From Escherichia coli (lineage in GTDB: Bacteria > Pseudomonadota > Gammaproteobacteria > Enterobacterales > Enterobacteriaceae), in assembly GCF_003334255.1 (NCBI RefSeq), contig NZ_QOWU01000269.1: a stretch of DNA of 306 nucleotides; one strand, written 5' to 3'. The notes beneath the pieces are model-generated. The model had not been told where the DNA came from, searched no databases, and saw only the letters and a program-made list of their open reading frames with translations. Below are positions 1-306 of the stretch, piece by piece (within the stretch, counting starts at the first letter, position 1; each line of letters opens with the position of its first letter). A program made the position numbers and the translations under genes.

Positions 1-306
1 CGTCGCCTGTTCCGCTGTGTCTCCATCCGGGAAAACACGGACGGCACCTTTGCCATCACGGCGGTGCAGCACGTACCGGAAAAAGAAGCCATTGTGGATA
101 ACGGAGCCCGCTTTGAGCCGCAGTCAGGCACCCTGAACAGCGTTATCCCACCGGCAGTACAGCACCTGACGGTGGAGGTGAGCGCAGCTGACAGCCAGTA
201 TCTGGCGCTGGCGAAATGGGACACGCCGCGGGTGGTGAAGGGCGTGCGCTTCAGTCTGCGCCTGACCAGTGGAAGCGGTGAGAACAGCCGCCTGCTGACC
301 ACCGCC
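1..306 (+). CDS. J: Internal fragment of a phage tail-tip host specificity protein (lambda gpJ-like central tail fibre protein); partial at both ends
   Basis: Frame 1 on the + strand is open across all 102 codons. + frames 2 and 3 hit stops (TGA at 134-136 in frame 2; TAA at 99-101 in frame 3). Codon third positions are strongly G/C-biased with enterobacterial-style preferred codons (CTG, ACC, GCC, CGC, AAA, GAA). The translation contains motifs I recall from the lambda gpJ family (FRCVSIREN-DG-ITAVQHVPEKEAIVDNGA, PPAVQHLT, WDTP-VVKG). Family assignment is from memory, not from a search. Confidence 0.85.

Noticed and set aside
174-180. Shine-Dalgarno-like GGAGG (174-178) overlapping a GTG (178-180)
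   Set aside because: It lies inside the continuous frame-1 coding sequence, where it encodes V-E-V. The GTG is too close to the GGAGG to serve as a start codon (no spacer), and there is no ATG at appropriate spacing downstream. It is a chance purine-rich motif in coding DNA.
3-305. A second fully open reading frame on the minus strand (101 codons without a stop) antisense to the gpJ-like frame
   Set aside because: Antisense open frames are common in GC-rich coding DNA with GC3 bias. This frame is rich in codons rare in enterobacterial genes (AGG, AGA, CGG), has no start codon with a ribosome-binding site in the window, and its translation resembles no protein family I recognise. It is most likely a shadow ORF of the + strand gene.
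1-306. Possibility that the window contains a novel defence or accessory system
   Set aside because: The entire window is explained by one continuous structural-gene fragment with a recognisable phage tail-tip protein translation. There is no intergenic space, separate ORF, repeat array or RNA structure to support any additional system at this scale.

Overview
The whole 306-bp window is an internal fragment of a single protein-coding gene on the + strand, in frame 1 (102 sense codons, no start or stop in the window). The translation is RRLFRCVSIRENTDGTFAITAVQHVPEKEAIVDNGARFEPQSGTLNSVIPPAVQHLTVEVSAADSQYLALAKWDTPRVVKGVRFSLRLTSGSGENSRLLTTA. From memory, without a database search, I recognise this as the central region of a lambdoid phage tail-tip host specificity protein (lambda gpJ family), so the window most likely lies in the tail module of a lambda-like phage or prophage in an enterobacterial-type genome. 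GC content is about 63% by hand count (194/306). I see no intergenic DNA, RNA gene, CRISPR repeat, promoter, terminator or mobile-element boundary, and nothing in this window supports a novel or undescribed system.
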